Positions 29,992-39,343 of a stretch of 64,000 nucleotides of DNA are shown one piece after another. The notes under the pieces were generated by a model. It saw only the letters and a program-made list of their open reading frames with translations. It ran no database searches and was not told the DNA's origin. The number at the start of each line of letters is the position of its first letter. Position 1 is the stretch's first letter. The stretch covers positions 2,081 to 66,080 of the forward strand of contig JAEDGP010000003.1 of NCBI GenBank assembly GCA_016297405.1, written 5' to 3'. The translations under genes were made by a program, and so were the position numbers. This stretch comes from Treponema sp. Its GTDB lineage: Bacteria > Spirochaetota > Spirochaetia > Treponematales > Treponemataceae.

Positions 29992-30573
29992 CTATTTTCG
30001 TTTAAGACATTTGTTTTTGGTGAAAATCTGAGATCGGGAGTTTTTCCGCTCATATTCGTCCCGAGTTATTTCCATTTCCAAAACAGACCATATTTCGTCG
30101 TTGAAGCGATACGTATCCTGAGCATCCACCTGAACATTCTTGAAACCAGCTGAAACATAGCAATAATATGCACTTGTATTCTTATCGAAAACACCTACAG
30201 TAACGCGATTTGCCTGCAGAAAGTTAAAGGCATAATCCAACGCCAATTTGACCATCTGCTTTCCATAACCTTGACCACGTACATCTGGATGAACAATAAC
30301 CCACCCCAAACGAATAGACTGCTTATCGCCATTGGTATAACGCATTATAAAGTGCCCTGCAATTCCAAGCTCATCGTAACAAGTCATGGGATAAAAATTA
30401 TCAGCTTCTACGCAATCGCCGTTCCAATCATAATACTTGTTGTTCATATCTGCCGGAGAGATGGGATATGAATCATATCGGTCCGAGCTCCACATGCGGA
30501 AAGATTGTTCGTCATTGCACCAGTTAACTATAGAATTTGCGTCACATGGTTTATAAGGTCTAAGTCTAAGCAT
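29992..30573 (-). CDS. GNAT (RimJ/RimL-like) N-acetyltransferase
   Basis: LRLRPY, VHPDVRGQGYGKQM, VFDKNTSAYYCYVSAGF. Confidence 0.88.
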   Translation of the reverse strand: MLRLRPYKPCDANSIVNWCNDEQSFRMWSSDRYDSYPISPADMNNKYYDWNGDCVEADNFYPMTCYDELGIAGHFIMRYTNGDKQSIRLGWVIVHPDVRGQGYGKQMVKLALDYAFNFLQANRVTVGVFDKNTSAYYCYVSAGFKNVQVDAQDTYRFNDEIWSVLEMEITRDEYERKNSRSQIFTKNKCLKRK

Positions 30574-30624
30574 AAATCCCTCATAATCATAATACCATGG
30601 GTTTTACAATTTTAAAAGAACAAG

Positions 30625-31860
30625 TTACTTGACCGTAAGCTGTCCTTCCTTGAATTGAGCAAATTTCGTATATCCCTGGCCTTCAAGCATTGCAAACTGC
30701 GGTCCCATTTTCTTTGCCTTTCTGATAATGGAAACAGAATAATCACTTCTAAGGGACTGGCTGGCTTTCAGAACTTCTGTAAATGGAGTTTCTTCTCCAT
30801 ACAAAAGGGCACACTTTTCCTTTGCATCCGGAATCTGATAATTCTGCTCAAGAAGAATTGCACAGATGCGTTCAAAACCGATCGAAAAACCAACAGCAGG
30901 AACACTTTGCCCAAGAAATTTTCCAATCATATTATCGTAGCGACCACCGCCACCTACAGCACCACTAAAATCTGGACAGGCAATTTCAAAAACCATTCCC
31001 GTGTAATACCCTTGGCCACGAACGAGATTTGGACAATACGAAACTGAATATCTGCCTTCGCTTGCCAGCAAAGAAGTTTCCATCACATATTTCAAATCAT
31101 CTGCAATTCCTGAATCAGAACATCTTGCAGCAACAGCATCCAGGGTAAGATCATCACTTGAAATAAACGAAACAAGGGCCGAAATAGCATTTTCAGGAAA
31201 CTGCTTTTCTTTGAGTTCAGCTTCAACGCCAGAAGGCCCGATCTTGTCGAGTTTATCAAATGTAATGCAAACAGAATCAAGAGTGTTTGAAGCAAAACCC
31301 ATAGTTTCAAGCATATTGCGCAGAATTCGGCGGTCATTGATATTTATTGTAAAATTCTTAAATCCAATATTCAGCATGGCACGTGCCGTAACGTCAATAA
31401 GCTCAACTTCGGCATTGCAGCTGGAATCTCCCAGAATATCTATATCACACTGAACGAATTCGCGAAGACGACCTTTTTGAGGACGTTCTGCACGATAAAC
31501 ACGGTCGGTCTGAATGACCTTAAATGGAAACTGAAGCTTTTCTTTGTTGGCTGCAAAAAATCTGGACAATGGAAGCGTAAGGTCATAGCGAAGCCCCATA
31601 TCAGAAAGGGTCTTTTCACTAGGATTAGATGAAAGTGCGCTATCCAACTTTTCTCCACGTTTAAGAACTTTAAAAACAAGATTCAGGTTATCTCCCCCAT
31701 CAGACTTGTCTATATTCTCTGAATCTTCAAGAATCGGCGTTGAAATACGCTCAAAGCCGGAAGCTCTATAAGTTTCAAGGATTTTTCCCTGAATATAATC
31801 GCGGATTCTCTGCTCCTGTGGCAAAATATCTTTCATGCCTTTCAACGCATTTACTTTCAT
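30625..31860 (-). CDS. hisS: Histidine--tRNA ligase
   Basis: KGMKD, LRYDLT, YRAERPQKGRLREFVQCD, LVRGQGYYTG, GGGRYD, GFSIGFER. Confidence 0.96.
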   Translation of the reverse strand: MKVNALKGMKDILPQEQRIRDYIQGKILETYRASGFERISTPILEDSENIDKSDGGDNLNLVFKVLKRGEKLDSALSSNPSEKTLSDMGLRYDLTLPLSRFFAANKEKLQFPFKVIQTDRVYRAERPQKGRLREFVQCDIDILGDSSCNAEVELIDVTARAMLNIGFKNFTININDRRILRNMLETMGFASNTLDSVCITFDKLDKIGPSGVEAELKEKQFPENAISALVSFISSDDLTLDAVAARCSDSGIADDLKYVMETSLLASEGRYSVSYCPNLVRGQGYYTGMVFEIACPDFSGAVGGGGRYDNMIGKFLGQSVPAVGFSIGFERICAILLEQNYQIPDAKEKCALLYGEETPFTEVLKASQSLRSDYSVSIIRKAKKMGPQFAMLEGQGYTKFAQFKEGQLTVK

Positions 31861-32047
31861 TCTTTACCTCACAATGGTTATCAGGTACTGCAATATTACA
31901 GAAATTGCATCGATTATACAATAAATTCAATTTTCCAAAGACCATAGCCAAAGAAAAACTGCTATATTTGTCTGGCCATAAATGCAAATCTGCAAAAAGA
32001 CTTTCATGTTTTATCCATAAAATTATTCATGAAAAAAAATGAATATC

Positions 32048-33175
32048 CTATTCTTCACGCACAAAAAAGTCGTGAAACTGAACGCCATCCCCATCTTCCA
32101 CATCTTTCGAAAGAACAGCTCCCTCTACATAATCAAGGAATTCCGGTCCAATTCCCACAGATAAAACCTTTTCGGTACGAAGCACAGAAACGTCAGATTC
32201 ACAAACCTTATGTCCTTTCTTCAATGACTTCATATAATGCAGACTTCTATTGGTCCGTCCATAATTCGCTTTTTCCGCAGGAGCAAGAGTTTTTTTGCCA
32301 TTCCCGATGCAATCCATCACCTTTTGATATCCATAGCTTTCTGAAAGCTGAGAAATGGCAACCTGAAGCCCCTTTTCAATTCCATATCTGTTCATGCATG
32401 ATTTCGTCTGATGAACACAATGAACCATCAGGGCAAACTGTTCCCCTTCAAGAGCAACAGGATCATCAAGACCACTCGTTCTGCGGCTTATAGTAATGTG
32501 CTTTTCTATCATGGTACCTCCCAATGCTACGCTCAGGGAAGGCACCAGCACGGGATCAAGACTATGGTCACTCACTCCACATGGAACGCCAAAAATAGAG
32601 GAAAGATTTTTTATGAGGGAAAGATTATACTCTTCTTCCGGTGCAGGATAACTTGTGATGCAATGAAGCAAAGTAACTCCTTCTTTGCCAAGTATATCTA
32701 AAGCTTTTTCAATGTCACTTAAGGTCGATACTCCGCTTGATACTATTACATCAACCATTTTGCCACCTGCTTCTTTTTGTTTTTTTCTAAAATCAGCAAG
32801 CGCATTCAGCATAGGATAATGATTCAGTTCAGGAGAGGCGATTTTCACTGCATCTGGCCCGATGGAAAGAAGCTCCCGAAGGCTTTGAAGCCCAAAGGGA
32901 GAGCAAATGAACTTCACTTTTTTTTGGTGTGCATAATCAAGCATGGCTCTGTAAAAATCAACAGAACATTCCAGTTCCTCAAATCGCTGATAAAGAGGGA
33001 CATTACCTGCAGGAAGAGTGACGAAACCTGTTTTGGGATGAAGTATTTCCCTGGCATAGACCCATTGAAATTTTACTGCATCGGCACCTGCTTCGGCGGC
33101 ACAATCCACAAGTTGTTTTGCTTTTTCTATGCTTCCTTGATGACTGGTACCAATTTCTGCAATGACAAAGCTCAT
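32048..33175 (-). CDS. NeuB/SpsE/PseI-family nonulosonic acid synthase with C-terminal SAF domain
   Basis: IAEIGTSHQG, GADAVKFQ, KIASPE, LLHCITSYP, GVSDHS, IEKHIT. Confidence 0.9.
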   Translation of the reverse strand: MSFVIAEIGTSHQGSIEKAKQLVDCAAEAGADAVKFQWVYAREILHPKTGFVTLPAGNVPLYQRFEELECSVDFYRAMLDYAHQKKVKFICSPFGLQSLRELLSIGPDAVKIASPELNHYPMLNALADFRKKQKEAGGKMVDVIVSSGVSTLSDIEKALDILGKEGVTLLHCITSYPAPEEEYNLSLIKNLSSIFGVPCGVSDHSLDPVLVPSLSVALGGTMIEKHITISRRTSGLDDPVALEGEQFALMVHCVHQTKSCMNRYGIEKGLQVAISQLSESYGYQKVMDCIGNGKKTLAPAEKANYGRTNRSLHYMKSLKKGHKVCESDVSVLRTEKVLSVGIGPEFLDYVEGAVLSKDVEDGDGVQFHDFFVREE

Positions 33176-33183
33176 AAACGCCC

Positions 33184-33540
33184 CTATTCCTTTACGGCAG
33201 CAAGAGCCTTATAGCGATTGCTGTAAATACAAACAGATGTGGAAGGCAAAAAACCATCCTGAAATTTATACCAGACAGTTCCATCAGCGCCAGAAGAGCG
33301 TCCCTCAACCATCAGAACCTCATTTTTGCGGCAATGACCAGAGGCATCAGAATCCCAGCCAACATTTTTTCTGTAGGTTGCATAAGGATCTGTAACAAGT
33401 GCCCAGGATACGTCCGGCGCCAGGGAAAGAGTTCCTTTATCATCCAATGGAATCTGCGACGTTTTGCTGCAGCTTACAAATGCAGCTGAAACAACCAGAA
33501 CACAAATGAAATATGAAGCCAAATAAAATTTATTTTTCAT
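33184..33540 (-). CDS. Small lipoprotein, SH3-like
   Basis: Lipobox FVSC; WALV..PY, WYK...GFL pattern. Confidence 0.6.
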   Translation of the reverse strand: MKNKFYLASYFICVLVVSAAFVSCSKTSQIPLDDKGTLSLAPDVSWALVTDPYATYRKNVGWDSDASGHCRKNEVLMVEGRSSGADGTVWYKFQDGFLPSTSVCIYSNRYKALAAVKE

Positions 33541-33943
33541 AACGGGTCTTTATGTATTCCATTACCTGTGGATAAAGGGAAAGATCAGAATCAACAAACG
33601 CAAGGCTTGGAATCTCAGAAGGCTTAACCCACTTATATTCGGTATGTTCAGTAAGTTCATATTTCTTTTCAATACCATCATGCTCAAGTTCCACAGCATA
33701 AGCATTCACATAGCAAAGCTTTTGTTTATGAGTGAAGGATGTTTCACCTATTTTTTCCCCTGGAACGGCAACGCATCCAAATTCTTCCCTCATTTCCCGG
33801 ACAATGGCCATATTTGCATCTTCACCAGGATCAATTTTTCCACCAGGAAATTCCCAGCGATTTCCCATATCCCCAACCGGGTTTCTATGGGCAACAAGAA
33901 TCAAACCATTTTTGTAAACAATACATGCAATCGATGAACTCAT
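33530..33943 (-). CDS. NUDIX hydrolase (MutT/NudG-like)
   Basis: WEFPGGKIDPGEDANMAIVREMREEFG Nudix box. Confidence 0.92.
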   Translation of the reverse strand: MSSSIACIVYKNGLILVAHRNPVGDMGNRWEFPGGKIDPGEDANMAIVREMREEFGCVAVPGEKIGETSFTHKQKLCYVNAYAVELEHDGIEKKYELTEHTEYKWVKPSEIPSLAFVDSDLSLYPQVMEYIKTRYEK

Positions 33944-33946
33944 AGA

Positions 33947-34420
33947 CTAAAAGAAAAGCACTCCTGGAATTATGAAATGAATCAGCGAAATCACCACACA
34001 AACAAGTCCAAGGATTTTCTTGAAATCAACAAAAACTACCTGAAGAAACCCTGGAAGCGAAGATGTTTCTCCTTCGTTAAAATATTCCAGAAGAAGCGAA
34101 ACACCGCAGCAAACACCAGCCAGAACAGGAAACAGATCACCAAAAACCACAATTCCATCAACTGGACTAAAAAGCTTTACAAACGAAATAAAAAGGGCAA
34201 GCCCACCGAAAACCAAAAGAAAAAGGCTGTCGTCCGTTACAGAACCTGGTCCAAAGAAAAACTTTCGAAACCCAGGTTTCTTTGCCGCATCCGTTGTTTC
34301 AGCTTCATTTTCAGAATCAATGGCATAATCAGCAGACTCCTCCTTTGTGCCTTCTGAAAGGTAAAGATAAAGTCCAACAAAAAGATTCACAAGAATCGAA
34401 AGAACATAAAACTGAATCAT
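33947..34420 (-). CDS. Hypothetical membrane protein
   Basis: About 4 hydrophobic segments; GGGGAG RBS; operon context. Confidence 0.75.
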   Translation of the reverse strand: MIQFYVLSILVNLFVGLYLYLSEGTKEESADYAIDSENEAETTDAAKKPGFRKFFFGPGSVTDDSLFLLVFGGLALFISFVKLFSPVDGIVVFGDLFPVLAGVCCGVSLLLEYFNEGETSSLPGFLQVVFVDFKKILGLVCVVISLIHFIIPGVLFF

Positions 34421-34437
34421 AGAAACTCCCCTTTGTA

Positions 34438-35016
34438 TTACTGGCGGACAACTTTTGCGAAAAGAACCTTTTCTTCATCGCCAGATTTAATTTCTGCGCT
34501 TACACTTATTATATCATAGTCAGAAAATCTTGTCCCTACAAATAATTCATCACCAGTAAATATATCAGAAACTGTCTTCTCATCGCATATTATTCCAGAA
34601 GATTCGTAGGCTTTGAATACAACCTGAACAGCAGCACCGTCCTTTAAAGCTTTAGATTTGTCTCTGAGCGCCTCAAATTTTACACGGGGATAAACTGTTT
34701 CATCAATGGAAATGGCGGAAAACTGAACTGAAGTACCAGCGATTTTATGCTGCACATTCGTCTGCAAAAAGCGTATTCCAAAAGAAAAGGCACAAACCAC
34801 CACAAGCGAAAGGAAAAGAAACCTGGTGCTTTTCTTTTCGAACATGAATTTGAAGAACCCTTTCTTCTGGAATTTTCCGCCGTTCTCATAAAATTCCTGA
34901 ACAATCTGAGGAGCTTTCGAAAGCCGCTCTTCCCTATTGTAGTAATAGTGAAATTTTCCTTGAGCCTCATCTTCAGGATCCCTTGATTCTTCAATCTGAT
35001 CGAAAAGCATGTTCAC
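34438..35016 (-). CDS. Hypothetical single-pass membrane protein
   Basis: FHYYYNREERL motif, one TM; GTG start after AGGA. Confidence 0.7.
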   Translation of the reverse strand: MNMLFDQIEESRDPEDEAQGKFHYYYNREERLSKAPQIVQEFYENGGKFQKKGFFKFMFEKKSTRFLFLSLVVVCAFSFGIRFLQTNVQHKIAGTSVQFSAISIDETVYPRVKFEALRDKSKALKDGAAVQVVFKAYESSGIICDEKTVSDIFTGDELFVGTRFSDYDIISVSAEIKSGDEEKVLFAKVVRQ

Positions 35017-35018
35017 TC

Positions 35019-36242
35019 CTAAGAAACGGATTCTATGATGTTGTCAGTTCGCCACCATACAACTTTTACGTTTTCCTTGTCTGCAAGAATTGCCGAAATT
35101 ATGCCTTCAGGAGAAAGGGAAAGAGAATAGAACAGTGTATTTTTGTGATCGACAACGAAATTTCGCTTTATCACATACTGAGTTTCTGGATGAACCATTT
35201 GAACGGCAAAACCTTCCAAAGTCTTTGTGGCAAAAAACAACCAGCCATTCTTTGTGGAACCTATAAAATCATACGGCATCCTGTATATAATCTTATTGAA
35301 ATCCTCAGACACAACTTCCTCAGAAGCTGGAATGTCAACAAAGGAACTGTAAGTGCCGTTCTCCACATCCATCGGATGAACAACGCTCGAAATAAAATCA
35401 ATAGAAGAAAGAGCCTTTGATTCAGCATCATAGGACGGAAGATAATAATCAGCCTTTACATAAAGCCTGTGCCTATAGGAATCAGGAACTGCATTTTCAA
35501 TAGTGATGTGATAATCTTCCGTCTGCCCTTCATCTTTTGACAAAAGGGGAACATCCTTTGATCCAACAAATATCTTATATTTGAGGAACCCGTTGGATGA
35601 AAACCAGAACACTCTCAACCCATCGGTTACAGTGCAGACCACAACCAGCTCATCGTTTTCTGTAACATAAACATTCTTTATGAAAGGAAAAGGAGTGCCT
35701 CCAGGCCCCTGCTGCCCAATGTAATCCAAAGTAGAGCCATCACTGGAAACTCGAAGAATCACATGACTGTACAAAAGATTCTCCTTGTCATCCATTTCGC
35801 GACGATCCCGTGGCACCAGGCAGGAAAGATACATATACTTGCGTTTATCCACAGCAATATTACCGCAGAACTGAAATGGAAAATTCACAGGATGCCAAAT
35901 GCTTGCAGTTGAATGCTCAGGAATTCCAGCTTTTGCTCCAGAATAGTGATCAACTCCATAATAAAGGGAAAGAATATCACCATAGGAATTGAATGACATA
36001 ATCTTCTGGCTTTCTCCATTTACGATATAGAAAAAACCATCCCTCATGGCAAGAGAAGAACAGATTGTACCTACATCAGTAATATCAAATAAATTCATCT
36101 GGTTTTCGAAATTCCCATAATTGAGGGAAAACAAAACATCAGCATCCACCGTCTGTACGGAATCGTTTTTTGAGCAGAAAGAAATGGAACAGATTGCGAC
36201 AAAAACAAAAGCAATCTTTGTAAAACGAAAAATCTTAGCCAT
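35019..36242 (-). CDS. Spirochete conserved putative lipoprotein (beta-propeller-like)
   Basis: Signal peptide with Cys; MRDGFFYI, YIGQQGPGGTPFP, C-terminal VWWRTD. Confidence 0.7.
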   Translation of the reverse strand: MAKIFRFTKIAFVFVAICSISFCSKNDSVQTVDADVLFSLNYGNFENQMNLFDITDVGTICSSLAMRDGFFYIVNGESQKIMSFNSYGDILSLYYGVDHYSGAKAGIPEHSTASIWHPVNFPFQFCGNIAVDKRKYMYLSCLVPRDRREMDDKENLLYSHVILRVSSDGSTLDYIGQQGPGGTPFPFIKNVYVTENDELVVVCTVTDGLRVFWFSSNGFLKYKIFVGSKDVPLLSKDEGQTEDYHITIENAVPDSYRHRLYVKADYYLPSYDAESKALSSIDFISSVVHPMDVENGTYSSFVDIPASEEVVSEDFNKIIYRMPYDFIGSTKNGWLFFATKTLEGFAVQMVHPETQYVIKRNFVVDHKNTLFYSLSLSPEGIISAILADKENVKVVWWRTDNIIESVS

Positions 36243-36250
36243 ATTCTTGA

Positions 36251-36335
36251 AGAATAAATTTTACTTTGGTAATTGTCAATAAAACACATGACAGAAAGTT
36301 TTATTCTTTACTATAGATAAAAAAAAACGTATACT
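36251..36335. promoter_or_regulatory. Divergent sigma70 promoters (lipoprotein operon / secA)
   Basis: Minus: TTGACA(36279-74)-N17-TATTCT(36256-51). Plus: TTTACT(36307-12)-N17-TATACT(36330-35). Confidence 0.7.
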
Positions 36336-36341
36336 GTAAGA

Positions 36342-39125
36342 ATGTTAGATAAAGTTTTGACCCTCATATTCGGTTCTCAAAATGAACGCGATGTAAAAAG
36401 ACTTAAACCTTTGCTTGCACTTGTCAATGCAAAGGAAGAATGGGCAGCATCTCTTGCCCCTGAAGATTTTCCAAAACAGACAGCAATCCTTAAGGAACGC
36501 ATTTCAAAAGGCGAAACCCTTGATGACATTCTGCCGGAAGCTTTCGCCCTTGCCAGAGAAGCTGCATGGCGTGTTCGCGAAGAAAGAGCTTTCGACGTGC
36601 AGATTATGGGTGCCATTGTCCTTCATTCGGGACGAATCACAGAAATGAAGACAGGTGAAGGTAAAACACTTGTTGCTGTAATTGCAGCATACCTTAATGC
36701 CCTTTCTGGAAAAGGAGTTCATATAGTTACTGTAAACGATTACCTTGCAGAACGCGATGCAAACACAATGCGCCCTGTATTCTCTTACCTGGGCGTTACA
36801 GTTGGCTCAATCCTTTCGAACATGGATAAGGAGGCCCGCAAAAACTCCTATAACTGCGACATCACATACGGCACAAACAACGAATTCGGATTCGACTACC
36901 TCCGCGACAACATGCAGATTGACATCCGCAATAAGGTTCAGCGTGGATTCAATTACTGTATTGTGGATGAAATCGACTCCATCTTGATTGATGAAGCGCG
37001 AACTCCTCTTATTATTTCTGGACAGGGCGAAGATGACACTTTTAAATATCAGGAAGTTGACAAGTATGTCGGCCAGCTCACCGAAGTTGAAAAAGACCCT
37101 AAAACAGGCGAATATCCCGATGAAGTAGAAATGGAAGCAAAAGACCGTGCAAACATCAAAGGTGACTATAAGCTTGACGAAAAGTCAAAACGAGTTTCCT
37201 TTACCGATGCCGGAATGAACAAAATCGATGCCATTCTCCATCAGCACAATTTGATTTCACCAGATTCTTCTGTTTTTGATGAACAGAATTTCGAATATGT
37301 TCACTACTTCACACAAGCTGTTCGCGCCCACACTTTGTATAGTGTAGATGTTGACTATCTTGTAAAGGACGGACAAGTTCAGATTGTAGATGAATTTACT
37401 GGTCGTGTTCTTGAAGGTCGCCGTTATGGAGACGGACTTCACCAGGCTATTGAAGCAAAGGAACACCTTCGTATTGCTCAAAGAAACCGAACTCTGGCAA
37501 CAATCACTTTCCAGAACTTCTTCCGCATGTACTCAAAACTTTCGGGCATGACAGGTACGGCACAGACAGAACAGGTGGAATTCAACAAAATCTACAATCT
37601 AGATGTTGTTGCCATCCCAACAAACCGCCCTGTGGCCCGCATCGATGAAAACGATGAAGTTTATCTAAATGAAAAAGAAAAATGGGAAGCAATCTGCGAA
37701 GAAATCTCAAAGGCACATGAAAAAGGCCAGCCGGTTCTTGTAGGTACAGTTTCTGTTGAAAAATCAGAATTACTTTCTGCCCTTCTTACAAGAAAAGGCA
37801 TTCGTCATGAAGTTTTAAACGCAAAAAACCATGCCCGGGAAGCCATGATCATTGCAGAAGCTGGTGCAAAAGGCGCCGTAACTATCGCGACAAACATGGC
37901 TGGTCGTGGTACCGATATCAAGCTTGGGGGAAACCCGGAATTCAGAGCTAGAAAACGCGCTGGAACAGAAGCTACTGCAGAACAGTACGAAGCAGCATAC
38001 AAGATTGAAAAGGAACAGTGGCAGAAGGACTGCGAAGAAGTCAAAGCTTGCGGCGGTCTTTATGTAATCGGTTCAGAACGACATGAATCTCGCCGTATCG
38101 ACAACCAGCTTCGCGGACGTTCTGGCCGACAGGGGGACCCTGGACGAAGTAAATTCTTCATTTCCATGGACGACTCCCTGATGCGTCTTTTTGGTGGCGA
38201 ACGGATGAAAGCCATCATGTCAAGAATCGGTATGGAACCTGGTGAACCTATCAATCATCCATGGTTGAATAAAGGTATTCAGAAAGCTCAGCAGAAGGTT
38301 GAAGACCGCAACTTTGAAATCCGTAAGCACTTACTTGACTACGATGATGTTCTTAATGAACAGCGAACAATCATCTATAAGCAGAGGGACGAAATCCTTA
38401 CTGACAATGACCTGGCAGAACGCATCATGTCAAATGCCGAATACACTGTGGAAAGCCTTATGGATGAATACAAGGGAAGAAATTCCAATCTGAGCGAACT
38501 TCAGAGCAAGCTCAAATCAACCTTTGCGCTGGAACTTAGCGAAGAACAGTTGAATCAGGATGCAATTTATGCTGCACTCCAGAATGACCTTACAGAAAAG
38601 GAAACTCTTGTAGGAAAAGAAAACCTGAACATGTTCATCAGGTACCAGTACATTCAGGCAATCGATAAAAAATGGCTTGACCAGCTTGAAACACTGGAAG
38701 GACTTCGTGAAGCCGTTGCTCTTCGCTCATACGGATCAAAGAACCCTCTTACAGAATACAAGAATGACGGCTTCGATCTTTTCGACCAGATGCTTGAATC
38801 TATCAGAAATACAGTCATGTCACTTGTATTTAAGGTAAGAATCCAGCTTAACCCGCAGGCCGAAGAACAGCGTCGCATTGCAGCAGAAAGAACTGCCCGC
38901 AATATGAACGCACAGCATTCACAAGCAGAGGGAACATTTGCAAACCAGTCATCTGCAATGAACGCAGATGCAGCAAGAAGACAGGCTGCCAATGGCGTAA
39001 TGCAGCGCAATTCTCAGGGACAAAACGTAACTGTTCGACGTTCAACTCCAAAAATTGGCCGCAACGATCCTTGTCCATGCGGAAGCGGAAAGAAATACAA
39101 GCAGTGCTGCGGAAGAAATTCCTAA
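36342..39125 (+). CDS. secA: Preprotein translocase subunit SecA
   Basis: [53 protein letters not shown] motif [13 protein letters not shown]. Confidence 0.99.
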   Translation: MLDKVLTLIFGSQNERDVKRLKPLLALVNAKEEWAASLAPEDFPKQTAILKERISKGETLDDILPEAFALAREAAWRVREERAFDVQIMGAIVLHSGRITEMKTGEGKTLVAVIAAYLNALSGKGVHIVTVNDYLAERDANTMRPVFSYLGVTVGSILSNMDKEARKNSYNCDITYGTNNEFGFDYLRDNMQIDIRNKVQRGFNYCIVDEIDSILIDEARTPLIISGQGEDDTFKYQEVDKYVGQLTEVEKDPKTGEYPDEVEMEAKDRANIKGDYKLDEKSKRVSFTDAGMNKIDAILHQHNLISPDSSVFDEQNFEYVHYFTQAVRAHTLYSVDVDYLVKDGQVQIVDEFTGRVLEGRRYGDGLHQAIEAKEHLRIAQRNRTLATITFQNFFRMYSKLSGMTGTAQTEQVEFNKIYNLDVVAIPTNRPVARIDENDEVYLNEKEKWEAICEEISKAHEKGQPVLVGTVSVEKSELLSALLTRKGIRHEVLNAKNHAREAMIIAEAGAKGAVTIATNMAGRGTDIKLGGNPEFRARKRAGTEATAEQYEAAYKIEKEQWQKDCEEVKACGGLYVIGSERHESRRIDNQLRGRSGRQGDPGRSKFFISMDDSLMRLFGGERMKAIMSRIGMEPGEPINHPWLNKGIQKAQQKVEDRNFEIRKHLLDYDDVLNEQRTIIYKQRDEILTDNDLAERIMSNAEYTVESLMDEYKGRNSNLSELQSKLKSTFALELSEEQLNQDAIYAALQNDLTEKETLVGKENLNMFIRYQYIQAIDKKWLDQLETLEGLREAVALRSYGSKNPLTEYKNDGFDLFDQMLESIRNTVMSLVFKVRIQLNPQAEEQRRIAAERTARNMNAQHSQAEGTFANQSSAMNADAARRQAANGVMQRNSQGQNVTVRRSTPKIGRNDPCPCGSGKKYKQCCGRNS

Positions 39126-39139
39126 AACTCTTGCAGTTA

Positions 39140-39335
39140 AAATAAAAGGGCTGTCCCAAAAGTAATGAGCGCTACACTCAATGTGGTGGTTTCGATAAAC
39201 TCAACCACCGTAATGCAAAAGTATATTTCATGGTGGTTGTGCTCATATTAGCCACCATCTCATTAACAGTCTGGTTATTTACCCCTTTCCATGACTGTTA
39301 ATGCAAATACTTTCAGGGCAGCCTCTTTTTTATTT
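39140..39335. mobile_element. MITE-like hairpin-cassette element, copy 3 (composite)
   Basis: Starts GGGCTGTCCCAAAAGTAATGAGCGCT as in copy 1; ends TACTTTCAGGGCAGCC; lies between convergent secA and lepB stops with A/T tracts on both sides. Confidence 0.7.
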
Positions 39336-39343
39336 GAATAGCT

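Noticed and set aside
31861..32047. T-box or His attenuator upstream of hisS
   Set aside because: No T-box consensus, His-codon leader or terminator is visible
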